Shown here piece by piece: positions 14,330 to 26,139 of a DNA stretch of 64,000 nucleotides. Source of the DNA: Eledone cirrhosa (taxonomy: Eukaryota). Below the pieces are notes generated by a model. It was not told the origin of the DNA. It saw nothing but the letters and a program-made list of their open reading frames with translations, and ran no database searches. The stretch lies in contig OZ024751.1 of NCBI GenBank assembly GCA_964016885.1, forward strand, positions 40,176,001 through 40,240,000, written 5' to 3'. The position numbers were made by a program, and so were the translations under genes. How positions within the stretch are numbered: position 1 is the stretch's first letter; every line of letters starts with the position of its first letter.

Positions 14330-16510
14330 CAAAAACAGGAATAAAATTCCATCTGTACATAACAACAATAGCAGTAGCAACAACATGGCCAAGAATAAGA
14401 TTACAAAGAGCCAGGAGGTCTGAGAGGAGTCTCTCTCTCTCTCACCATTGTCCCATTCCATATCTTTGCTCAGTGTTGGTTTATTTAGTACTTTCTTACT
14501 GCTTGCTGTTTATATTTATAGACAGATACAAAACGACTCTTTGTACTGTTGTTGTTGGTGGTGATGTTGAGGTGGGGTAGTGTTGTTGTTGGTGGTGATG
14601 GGGGGTTGTTGTTGGTGGTGGTGGTGTTGTTGGGATGGGTTGGTGGTGGTGTTGATGTTGGGGTGAGGTAGTGTTGTTGGTGGTGTTGATGTTGGGGTGA
14701 GGTAGTGTTGGTGATGGGGGTGCTGTTGTTGGTGGGGTAGTGTTGTTGGTGGTAGTATTGTTCTTGATGGTTGTTGGTGTTGATGCTGCTGCTGCTATCA
14801 CCACAGTCAGTAAGGCAGAAACACCTATTAATGGAGAAATAGAAAATAGTTTTGTGTTCAGTGATGCTCACTTTAATTAGATTTCTGTTAACGAGTGTCT
14901 GGTCTGTAGTCTGGTTAGTTAAAGTAGTGGCTGGAGAGAGTGGTGGTGGTGGTAGTGGCTGGAGAGGGTGGTGGTGGTGGCTGGAGAGAGTGGTGGTGGT
15001 GGTAGTGGATGGAGAGGGTGGTGGTGGTGGTGGTGGCTGGAGAGAGTGGTGGTGGTGGTGGTGGTTGGAGAGAGTGGTGGTGGTGGTGGTGGTTGGAGAG
15101 AATGGTGGTGGTGGTGGCTGGAGGTGGTGGTGGTGGTGGTGATGGTGATGGTGGGTGGTGGTGATGGTGATGGTGGGTGGTGGTGGTGATGGTGGCTGGA
15201 GAGAGTGGTGGTGGTGGTGGTGGTGGTTGGAGGTAGACAGGGAGATAAATAGAAAAAGTTGGAGATAGACAGAGAAAAGGAGGGAGAGATGGGGAGATAG
15301 AAAGAGGAAGCTGAGAGAGAGAGAGATGGAGAGATAGAAAGAAACAGAGAATGAGGGGATAGAGATTGGGAGATAGACACCGAGAAAGAGAGATGGAGAG
15401 AAATAGAATGAAAGGAGAAAGGAAGGAAAGAAGATATGAAGAAGTTTAAGAGAAGTTTTAACATCTGTCTCTAATAAAAGAAATATAATAAAGTTTATTG
15501 ACTTGGTAGAGTATTATTAAATACTACAGTAGGTCATTAAAACAGTGGTCACCTATTGTATGTGGAGATATTACCACCACTACTACTACTACCACTACAC
15601 CAACTTTATCACACACTCACTCCACACTTCACTCCACTCTAGCTAACCCCATCTCATTCTACCCCACCTCACTCCATTCCACTCCGCTCCACACACTCCA
15701 CTCTACTCCAAACACTCCACTCCACTCCACACACTCCACTCCACTCCACATACTCCACTCCACTCACTCCACACACTCCACTCCACTCCTCTCATCCTAT
15801 TCTAACTCAACTGGAGCCAATGAGGCAGCCTTTAGGTGTATGTTTAACCTGCTAAATATAACAGTCAAATACCTTTCAAATGATACCATATCTGCTTGAA
15901 AAGGGAAGGTCATGTAATCTTAGTAATGAAATCATCATCATCACTGTTTAAGGTCCATTTTTCCACATTGGTATGGGTTAGACGGGTTTTCCTGTTGTGA
16001 GCAATGCCAGGTCAGGTGACCATGTCTTGCTCATACAGAACTGATTTTGGCTTGGTTTCTACAGCTGGATGCCCTTCCTAATCCCAACCTCATTTACATG
16101 ATGAGTACTTTTAGTAAATCTCTCAAAATACTTCATTAGTTAATTGAAATGGAGTGTATTTAATTAAAAATACAATCACGAAATGGTTAGTGTTTATATT
16201 ATATGTTGACATAGTTGGCTGGCCAATTGCTATTCTTATCAGGTAACCAAACTATTTGATGATAATGACAAACCATTCAGACCATGCCAGCATGGAAAGC
16301 AGATATAAAATGATGAGGATGTTATATAAATGTGTGTGTGTGTGTGTGTGTGTGTAAACACTCGTATATATTAGTTGGAATGGTGTCATCATTTTCTCAT
16401 CATATTCAGTTTTATTCGAAGACTGACTAACGTCTCTCTCTCGCTCTCTCTCTCTGTCATAATAATAATAATAATTTACTAATCTTACCAAAACAATGTG
16501 AAACATTGTC
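14330..16510 (-). CDS. Tentative spliced gene for a membrane protein: Cys-containing segment, T/P/N/Q/H-rich stalk, hydrophobic helix. Candidate exons 16510-16489, 14903-14500 and 14419-14330.
   Basis: GT-AG boundaries with compatible phases: tttag|22 nt|gtaaga; ctacag|404 nt|gtaaga; ctctcag|90 nt|gtagga. Much of the stalk is microsatellite and no homolog was recognised. Confidence 0.3.
14925..15230. repeat. G-rich compound repeat (gtg)n-gctggagaga, followed by GA-rich and (ctcca)n tracts to about 15790
   Basis: Directly visible. Confidence 0.9.
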
Positions 16511-17106
16511 CTAAAGTACAGAATGGGAGTGTTAAAGGGAGAGAGGAAGACACGGAGAGAGATGGAGAAGGAAAGAGAGAGAGGTGTGTGTGCACACAGT
16601 GAGAGAGAGAGAGAGTGAGATGTACACAGAGAAAGAGAGTGAGTGAGAGGTGCACACAGTGAGAGAGAGAAAGAGGGACAAATAGGTGCAGGTTACTACA
16701 TATATATATATATGTAAACAAAGTACAAGAAATACTGCTTTAAGTCACAACAATTCTATAAAGGATTGGCAACAGGCAGCAGTGATGTGAATATGAAATT
16801 ACTATGATAAGTAAGCCACAAGCCATAGGTCATACATAAGTTGGCTGGCTTTGCTAGAGATAGAGCTTTTCAAAGACCAGAAAATTCTGCAAATTTCAAA
16901 CTGATTATGTTATGTTCTGTTTATGTTATGTTCTGTTTATCCACCTTAATCAAATTTAATTTCCAGTTGGTCCTCTTTGTGTTTGTGCTTCATGTCTCAT
17001 ATAGGCAGCTTTACTTTTTCTTTCCTTTATTTTTAGACTTATGTAAATCTCAACAACATTGACTGATGGTGGGGATGGGTTATTTACAAACAAATTGTCA
17101 TTCACT

Positions 17107-17153
<47 letters not shown>

Positions 17154-17234
17154 TATGTATGTGAAGTTCCAGAGGACACTAACTCCACCTTAATGTAATT
17201 ACTGTGGTTACCTCCGATTGAACCTGGGATAACT

Positions 17235-17271
<37 letters not shown>

Positions 17272-17469
17272 CTGAAAAAATGTATACAAATATTTATTAG
17301 AATGCTGTTGAAGTGTGTATACATTTTTGGAGACACCCTTTATGTATATTCACAGTTAAAGTTAGTGTACAGAGTCCATTGAAACATTGCGTAAGCAGTG
17401 TGTATAAGGTTACAGTGACTTTAGTTTGTGTTTCTTCTGAGAATTTTGTTACTTCTTTCTTCACATATA

Positions 17470-17660
17470 TATCATCATCATCATCATTGTTTTTATGTCC
17501 AGTTTTTCCAGGCTTGTATGGGTTGGACAGGTCCTTCTCAGCTCAGCACGGCCGCTCTCCATTAGTCCAGTTCCTTCATCCTCTCCTCTTTCGGTCTCTG
17601 TGATTTGAGGTCAGCTCTCACAACCTCTGTCCAGGTCTTTCTTGGTCTACCGCTACTCTA
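17470..17660 (-). mobile_element. RTE LINE 3' end fragment
   Basis: Minus-strand translation SGRPRKTWTEVVRADLKS, then the aacccat...(gat)n tail. Confidence 0.75.
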
Positions 17661-18926
17661 TATATCCATGCTAGCTTGGAAGAGTGGACGTAAAACGGAG
17701 ATTATATGCAAGCAGGGAAAAGCGGACGTAAAATGATGATGATTATATATATATATGATGTGTGTATCAGTCTGATGATTGGCTTCTTCCACAATAAAAT
17801 GTCCCCCGTCTACTCTGTAAAGTGGTCGGCGTTTGAAAGGGCATCCAGCTGTAGAAACTATGCCAAAGAAGGAACATAAGAAGCAAGGCATGGTCTCAGC
17901 CCTCTTTAGTGTCAGATGAGGCTGCATGAAAAAGACATAATAATAATAATTGTTTCTACTTTTGGCACAAGGCCAGCAATTATCCCAGTGTATTACTGGT
18001 ACTTTATTTTATCGACCCCGTAAGGATGAAAGGCAAAGTTAACCACGGCGGGATTTGAACTCAGAAAATAATAATAATAATGATGAGGAGGAGGATACAC
18101 TACGTATACACCTGTATATAACCCCCCCCCTCCTCTCCACACACATACATACTCTTTTTCTCACCATCATATAGAATTAATTGTCATTGTCGCCATCGTC
18201 ATCATCGTCACCACCTTTGTCATCATCTGCAACAAAAGATTTAAAAGAAGCTAATTCATATGTAAATATGATTCTTCCCTATTATATAAATAAAACCATA
18301 TTGAAGAAGATGTCTTGGATATATAATTTGTTATTGCTTAGAGCAGTTGTTAAAATTCTATTGTATAATAGACTCTAATAATGTATCAGTGAGAATAATT
18401 GTTGCTAGAGGCAATACTTCTTCCAGTCGACAGCCAGTCACTTTCCTCAAGTACTTGCAAACTTTGATTGCTTGGCAATGCTGTATCATTTATTTAAAGC
18501 TAAACAATACATATTTGGCTTGCTGCCCTCTCATTTTTTTTTATTGTTTCTCTAACAAGCTTTAGCTAGCCATGACATAAGAATATATCCACTTGTCGTA
18601 TTTGGTGGTTACTTTTTTTGTTTGTTTTGCTGCTGTTGTTGTTGTTATTGAAGCTATTACCTTATTTACCTGTTGATTAATTGATTGGTTTATCAATAGT
18701 GATAGTCTAAAACTAGTTATGAAATGAGGTGGTGGTGGTGGTGGTGGTTGTACCATTTCTAATTCCAGCTATTTAGTTTTAACAATTGAGGGTGTACTAG
18801 GTGCATTTTATCATGTCGCCAGCTCTGAAGAGATTGTCATGTCTTCAGCAGTATTGGAGAGTCTTCTCTACCCTATGTTTGTGTTCATTCACCAATCACT
18901 TTACAAAGTGTACTAGATGTATATAT

Positions 18927-19250
18927 GGAGGCACATGGCTTAGTGGTTAAAGCATTGGCCTTGCAATCGAAAGGTTGTGAGTTCAATTCTCAAACTGGGT
19001 GATGTGTTGTTTCCTTGAGCAAGACACTTTATTTCACATTGCTCCAGTTTACTCAGCTGTAGAAATGAGATGATAGGGACTGGTGTAAAGTGGTTGTGGA
19101 GGTGCCACGGCAAAAAAGCACCCAGCACTCACTGTAAATGAGGTTGGTGTTAGGAAGGGCATCCAGCTGTAGAAATCAAGCCAGAATCAGTTCCTGTCCC
19201 ACCCCTGCAAGCAGGGAAAAGCGGACGTAAAATGAAACGAAATGAAATGA
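18927..19250 (+). mobile_element. CORE-type tRNA SINE, near full length
   Basis: ggaggcacatggcttagtggtta...gagttcaatt...tccttgagcaagacac...ggacgtaaaatga. Confidence 0.9.
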
Positions 19251-19979
19251 TAAATGTCATCTGAGTTTTTCGAATATTAATAACAACATTCTATTCGTTT
19301 GCAATTATGCAAACAAGCCTCATTTTTAAAGCCTTGACAGCAGAATCCGAGGTTAACTTTGCCTTTCATCCTTACGGGGGTCGATAAAATAAAGTACCAG
19401 TAACGTACTGGAGTAATTGCTGGCCTTGTGCCAAAAATAGAAACAATTATTAATATTCGAAAAACTCAGATTACATTTATTGTATTGAGCCATGTAGAGC
19501 GACAATAAAAAAAAAAATTATATATATATATATATATATATACTACATTAGTTGCTCTGGTAGATAAGACACCTCCATTTTACATACAATATTTACAGCA
19601 GACCATATATTTTGAACTGAGGTTTTGTAGGTCCTGTAGATAAGTCCCATGCTGTTCTTTCGTGTTGTATTTTTGTGGGAATTGGTGTGACTTATACATG
19701 ACTATATATGGTAATCTATCACAGATATTTTCCCTCCCCCTACTCTAATATCAATTTTAGAAATTGTCAATAATTTTAATTTTAGAATTAAAAAATTTCA
19801 GATTGAAATTTTATAATTGAATTTATTTATAACTTTAGAGAATTTATTTTAGAAATCAAGATTCTGTTAATTTTGGAAAGTCATTCATTGCTAACAGTAT
19901 TTGATGATGGTGATGGTTTTTGTGTAGAACTATTCAAGTATATTACTGACTGATATTATATGTATGTGTTGCTTTTGTT

Positions 19980-20360
19980 GGAACTGGTTCTGTAGCAGTC
20001 ATTCACACAGTGAAAGCAGCAGTTTCAGGTCCTCTCAGATATTCTTTTACCATCCATTCCGTGGTTTGACCCCTCGTTTTCATAGGCCCTGGAAGTCTCT
20101 CTTGAATACTTGGTAGACGATAGATATCTCAAGTTGGTGAACAACGTGGCCAGACCATTGGTGCCGGCACTGCCAGATGACATTGATAATCATAATATTG
20201 GTGTCCAGTGAAGCCTGGACTTCTTAAGAAAGAAGTGGAAAATAGACTACACTCTTTTGAGATGCAATGCCTGAGGTCTGGAGTAGGAGTAGGAGTAGTA
20301 GTAGTAGGAGGAGGAGGAGTGATACTGACAGACAGAAAAGTGAATGATGTAGTAAGAGTG
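19980..20360. mobile_element. Degenerate RTE LINE fragment with an internal inversion
   Basis: Minus: QWSGHVV...VYQVFK.DF.G.KRG.KP..W...EDL. Plus: AW..KKEVENRLHSFEMQCLR...TDRKVNDVVR. Confidence 0.6.
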
Positions 20361-23134
20361 TTTGTTATTGTTACAGTATATTTTATCATTTTACATCCAC
20401 TTTCCACACTGGCGTGGGTTGGACAGGTCATCACGGTCAGATTGAGTTCTTAATTGGAGTTACTTCCCTCCTAGATGGGTTAGGGCACCACTTTACACTC
20501 ATACATTCCAAAATTTGATATGATTTTTACATAATATGGTTTCACATATTTCTTCATGTATTCCGTCTCTCCCCTTCCCCGTTCTAATATCAATTTTTGA
20601 AAGTAAACAAACATGAAAGAAATGTATTCTCTCTTGGTTAAAAATTGTTTATTGAGCAATTTTAGTGCCTGAAATGGGAAAGATTTATATACACACCTCA
20701 TTCAGCCACTCCTGATTCTTATATGGAGTTTCATAGACCAGCTGTTTTGTTGGTTGTTGAAAGGAATTCTCATCTGTTAAGATTTGGCTTACTAATCTAA
20801 ATAAATGTGGTTGTTATTAACATTATTAGGGCAATGGTGTGGCAGAATCGGCAGAGTGTCTGACAAAATGCTTTAATGCTTTGCAGCATATAGTTACAAC
20901 TTTCTACATACTGAGTTCAAATCCTGGCGAGGTTAGCTTTGCCTTTTATCCTTAGTGTCGATAAAATGAAGTACCAGTAATACACTAGGGTCAATTTAAT
21001 TGACTTTCTCTTCCCTCAAATTTGTTGGCCTTGTGCCTAAATCAGAAACCATTATTATTATTTGTGATGGATTGGTGGAGTGTAGGATAAAATGCTTTCA
21101 GGGAGTGGGGGACTTGTTCTAGTTCTCTACATTCTGAGTTTAAATCTTTGTAAACTTTGCCTTTCATCCTTTTGGATGTGATAAAATAAAGTAGCAGTAA
21201 CGTTTCCCCCCAAATTGGTCTATGATATAAAGGTGTGTTTTTTTTTTAGGTGTTTATATTTCTCTCGACACCATTCATCATAATTTTATGTTGGAACATT
21301 TAAGTTCTAAACATTAGCTTAACCATTTCATGGCCTATATTTCTAATGAAATACCCTCTTTCAATTAATTAATGATGAATTTTGATGCATTTTCTAAAAT
21401 TATTATTTCATTGCTAAGATAGTAATTTAACACCATGGTTCACATATTTAAATTAAAATCTTCCAATATAATTTTATAAGAACTCTCTAAAATGGATGGT
21501 TTTGTTTCGTAGAACCAAAGTTAATTTTGGTTAGGTTGAAATCAAAAAAGTTAATTTATACTGCGTTTGGTATATAGTTTATTATTAAATCCCTCCAAAT
21601 TATTGATTATTTGAAAATTATAGGCAGTGTTTTTCATCAGAAATATGATACTGTTAAAATACTTGTTGTTGGTTAAATATTAGTTTTAAAATACTTTCTA
21701 GCAATTTTGTTTTGGATGTTGTATTTTGCGTTATTTTTTAGTAGTAGTAGTACCAGCAGTAGTAGTAGTGACAGCTACATGTACGAATTCAGAAAGTGAT
21801 ATTTCTGTTTGCATCCTAGAATCCTTCCACGCCAACTCTTTAATACAAAAGATGCATTTATATAAATGCCAACAACATTTTATCTTTTTCCCCAATTTCA
21901 GCCAAGAATTTTGGGTCTTTGACCCAGTTTCTTTTGTTGTTGTTGTTATCAACTTGTACATTCTTCTCACACTGCCCACCCACACACTATGGTTCTGTCA
22001 GCAACACTGCCTAGCTTGTTAGCAACTCTCTACAACTCTCATAACAACTACCCTTTTCTTCTCAAACAGTTAATTTCCTTATATAATATCACCTCCTTTC
22101 ATTTCTTGTTTCAGTATTCGTTATGTAAAAGCCACCTCAGTTTCTCTTGAAGCTGCTGTAGCAAGCAAGTGTGTAGTTAGTCTGCTTGTCTTGTACCCTG
22201 ATTACACATACACAGACGTGTGTGTGTATTTGTATATATATATATATATATATATTCTGCAGTGGTGAGACTGGGGAGACCACTAATCATGGGAGTACTC
22301 AATGCATGGGGGGGGGGGGGAGATGCAGAGTGGGTATAGATAGGTAAAATCAAGTGACCATGCTTTGCTCATATAGAACGTTTCTGGCTTAGTTTTTTCT
22401 GGCTGGATGCCCTTCCTAACAGCAACCACATTTCAGCGTGGACTGGGTGTTTTTTATTGTGGCACCAAAATGACAATCTGACAGGTTAGACTGGGTACTA
22501 TTTCATCATGGCACCAGCACAACCACCTTACATAAATGTATCTTTGTTATATAGAAACGACTTCTACGGGACTAGAACTGATTCATATGAAATCATGAGG
22601 AATGCCTAGTTTCTTGATTTCTGATTTATTCAGGGTGGTAGACTTAATCTGTCGCCCAATTTAACACCACCATCTGGTCCTTGGGTCATAGACATAATCC
22701 ATCACCTAGCTTAACACCACCACCTGGGTCTTGGGTGCTTTTAGTGGAATCCATGTTGTTGTAGATATTCCGGCCTAGTCACTGGTTTGAACATACCTTT
22801 CTGCTTCTCCCAACACTCTTGAAACCACTAGAAAGGTCCACAGACACTGCCTTTGCCTTTCTGACTTAACAGTAAAATATGAAATTGAAATTTCCTACCC
22901 TGGCTGATAAAATGTGATTGTGGGTGTTATGTAGAAAGTTGAAAGTATTTACTGTCATTTCAAATGATTCAATAATATTTCTATGTTAGTCATCGTTTAG
23001 CCAAATAAACTAAATCCTAATCCATTATGAGTATGATTAAGACAGCAGGATGATAAACCCTTTTAATACCGAGTCCCCTTAAACTGCCCCTGGTTATATG
23101 ATACAAAGCTGTTTGTTATGAAGTATTCATATAT

Positions 23135-23295
23135 AATATATATGTTATTCCGGGTTGAATCGGAGGTAACCACAGTAAGTAAGGTACTCAATACATAGCA
23201 GAGTATAAATGTTTTAATATAGAAGAGCTTCTACAGGACTAGAAACAGTTCTAGTCCTGTAGAAGCTCTTCTATATTAAAATATATATATATATA
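23135..23295. mobile_element. Penelope-like fold-back fragment with a perfect 33-bp palindrome (23212-23281), nested in a family B MITE
   Basis: ttttaatatagaagagcttctacaggactagaa-acag-ttctagtcctgtagaagctcttctatattaaaa, flanked by TA repeats. Related pieces lie at 17195-17235, 22551-22613 and 63509-63550. The PLE assignment is inference. Confidence 0.55.
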
Positions 23296-23753
23296 TTTAA
23301 ACTTTTTATCCAAATATCATGTAAGAACCACACGTTATGCTCCAAACACTAACTAAATAATAAAAGTTAAGTATATTCTACCCTACATAAATTTCTTTAT
23401 TTTCAAATGGATTCAAAAATCATATGCAGTGTCTTTCATTAGAAATATAGTAATGAAAGGATTAAAAACAAAACAAATGAAACTGACCCTTACTTAAGAG
23501 AATCTTTAAAAATTTCTAATAGAATTTTGTAGAACATCTCTTAATTCTTTCATTACAATATTTCTAATGAAAGACACTACCTATGATTTTCAAATAATGT
23601 TGAAAATAAAGAATTTTGAGAAATTTACTATTGTACTTAACTTTCTCATTAGTTATCCAGTGTTTGGAACATAACAAACATTCTTCAGTAAAATTATGAT
23701 GGAAGATTTTGAGATAAATATAAACATTTTAAAGTAAGTAGTTTTGTATCATA

Positions 23754-24200
23754 CAGCAGAGGCAGTTTCGGATGGGTTGGTATGTAAAGGGGTTAATATT
23801 AATAGAACCAGAGGCAGTTTCGGATAGGTTGGTATGTAAAGGGGTTAATATTAATAGAACCAGAGGCAGTTTTGGATGGGTTGGTATGTAAAGGGGTTAA
23901 TATTAATAGAACCAGAGGCAGTTTTGGATGGGTTGGTATGTAAAGGGGTTAATATTAATAGAACCAGAGGCAGTTTTGGATGGGTTGGTATGTAAAGGGG
24001 TTAAAGTCAATAGAACCAGAGGCAGTTTCGGATGGGTTGGTATGTAAAGGGGTTAAAGTCAATAGAACCAGAGGCAGTTTCGGATGGGTTGGTATGTAAA
24101 GGGGTTAATATTAATAGAACCAGAGGCAGTTTTGGATGGGTTGGTATGTAAAGGGGTTAAAGTCAATAGAACCAGAGGCAGTTTTGGATGGGTTGGTATA
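23754..24200. repeat. 52-bp minisatellite, about 9 copies, derived from the terminus of a family B MITE; resumes at 25272-25370
   Basis: Unit agaaccagaggcagtttcggatgggttggtatgtaaaggggttaatattaat. The first unit is the end of the MITE at 23545-23795. Confidence 0.92.
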
Positions 24201-25237
24201 GATTTTACATGTGGCCGGTGCTCTGGTGCAATAAGTAGCAGCAAGTGCCCACAAAATACTAGCTCTTTCAATTGCGCAGAGGGTTCTATAGAAATAGTGG
24301 ACAGCTTCCGTTACCTGGGTGACAAAATCAGCAGTGGGGGAGGGTGCTCTGAAAGTACAGTGGCTAGAGTCAGAACTGGATGGAAAAAGTTCAGAGAGCT
24401 TATACCACTATTAGCCGCTAGAGGGTTCTCCCTAAAAATGAAAGGTAGGTTATACGATGCCTGCATACGAACAGCAGTGCTGCATGGCAGTGAGACCTGG
24501 GCATTGTGTGCAGAGGATATACGCAGACTAGAGAGGAACGAAGCTTGCATGCTCCGCTGGATGTGCAATAGTAATATACGTGAACGGTTAAGCATAAACG
24601 AACTAAGGGAGAAATTAGAAATAAGAGGGATCAGATGTTGTTTACTCGAGAGAAGGCTACATTGGTACGGTCACGTGATGCGCATGAAAGACGACAGCTG
24701 TATAACAAAGTGCAGGGCAATAAAGATAGACGGTAGCCACGGAGTAGGCAGACCCAGAAAAACCTGGGACGACATGATAAATTCCGACCTCACACACTTA
24801 CACCTCTCCAAGACAATGTCACTGGACCGAGACCTTTGGCGGTACTCAGTAATAGAGAAGACCCGCCTTACCTAAATACATAGTAAAACCTACTACAGCC
24901 AGTAGGCATCTCTAACAAAATACACCCCCCCACCCAATCCACACCGCCCCTTTCAATGTAAAGTTATGTTGGTGCCACAACATCCAGGCCGAAACAAATG
25001 AGATTGTGTAGGTGTCACAACAAAACCCGCCAGACAGTCCACGCTGTAATGTGGCCGTGTAGGCAACACGGTAAAAACCTCCCAGCCCCACACTGTAAAT
25101 GTGGTTGGTGTTAGGAAGGGCATCCAGCTGTAGAAAACCTGCCAGACAGTCCTATGCGAGCAAGACAACCACTCTTGCCTCAAGTGGGAAAACCCCCGTC
25201 CAAACCCATGCAAGTGTGGAACACGGACGCTAAACCT

Positions 25238-25272
<35 letters not shown>
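24200..25272 (+). mobile_element. 5'-truncated RTE-clade LINE: RT C-terminal ORF to 24875, 3' UTR, (gat)n tail
   Basis: VDSFRYLGD...ARVRTGWKKFREL...GSETW...LHWYGHVMR...GRPRKTW...DRDLWR are typical RTE post-RT motifs. The frame is uninterrupted. Confidence 0.93.
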
Positions 25273-25273
<1 letters not shown>

Positions 25274-25934
25274 GAACCAGAGGCAATTTCGGATGGGTTG
25301 GTAGGAAAAGGGGTTAATAAGGATAGAATCAGGGGCAGGTTCAGGTGGGTTAGTAACAAAATAGTTAATATGATTAGCTATCTATCTAAAGAGATTTCTG
25401 GTGTGTTATTAATTAACTCTAATTGGGCGTAAAATAAGCTAATGAAACACCGGAAACATTCTCCACCAATATAACATCCCAGATATATATCTTCAGCCTG
25501 GATAGCAAGGAATGGTGTATGGGGCGGGGTGGGGGATCACTTGTACAGTGTGGATGGTTATGTCAATAACAATATTTCATCCAGGACAGGGTGTGCCTGC
25601 TAAGTGTATTTATTCTGTTGTTCAATCTTTTATTATGTAATCAAAATGGATGCAGGAATGTAATTATTGCTGTCAATTTAATTGACTTCCCTACCTTCAA
25701 AATTGTTGGCTTAAATTAGAAACCATCAATAAATAAATATATTATTATTATTATTATTATTGATGGCTTGCACAGTAAGTCTGATGACTAGATTTACTTC
25801 TGCTTACCGAGTCTCAACAACAACCTGAGACAGACTTACTATTTTTGGGTTATTTATGTTTTGAGATCTATTTGCTCAAGATAACCATCTCAATGTCAAA
25901 TTATTAATGTCACCATTCTAAGATGGTGCATCAA

Positions 25935-26139
25935 CCTTTTAGCATTTACATTACTCTATATATACTATTGTATATTCACTGTAAACGCTTTATCTCACAT
26001 AATATTGAATCTATGAGATTTTGATATTTATTTTGAGAACAATACCTTAACATCAGTATGAATGGCTGGTTACTGCTGGTTTGAACAGAAAGAGGTAAGA
26101 GAATTCTGGCCGGATATGGCTAGTTTAAATGCTAAAGGG
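25935..26139. mobile_element. piggyBac-like MITE, family A
   Basis: ccttttagcattta...taaatgctaaaggg|ttaa. Confidence 0.75.

Noticed and set aside
14919-15464. His/Pro/Thr-rich and Trp/Gly/Val-rich ORFs
   Set aside because: These are simple-repeat translations
21726-22022. Opposing ORFs of 98 and 84 aa in non-repetitive sequence
   Set aside because: No recognisable domain, non-ATG starts and no consistent splice sites
24084-24875. 263-aa ORF as a host gene
   Set aside because: It is a truncated RTE LINE lacking the endonuclease and the catalytic RT core; the ATG comes from the satellite
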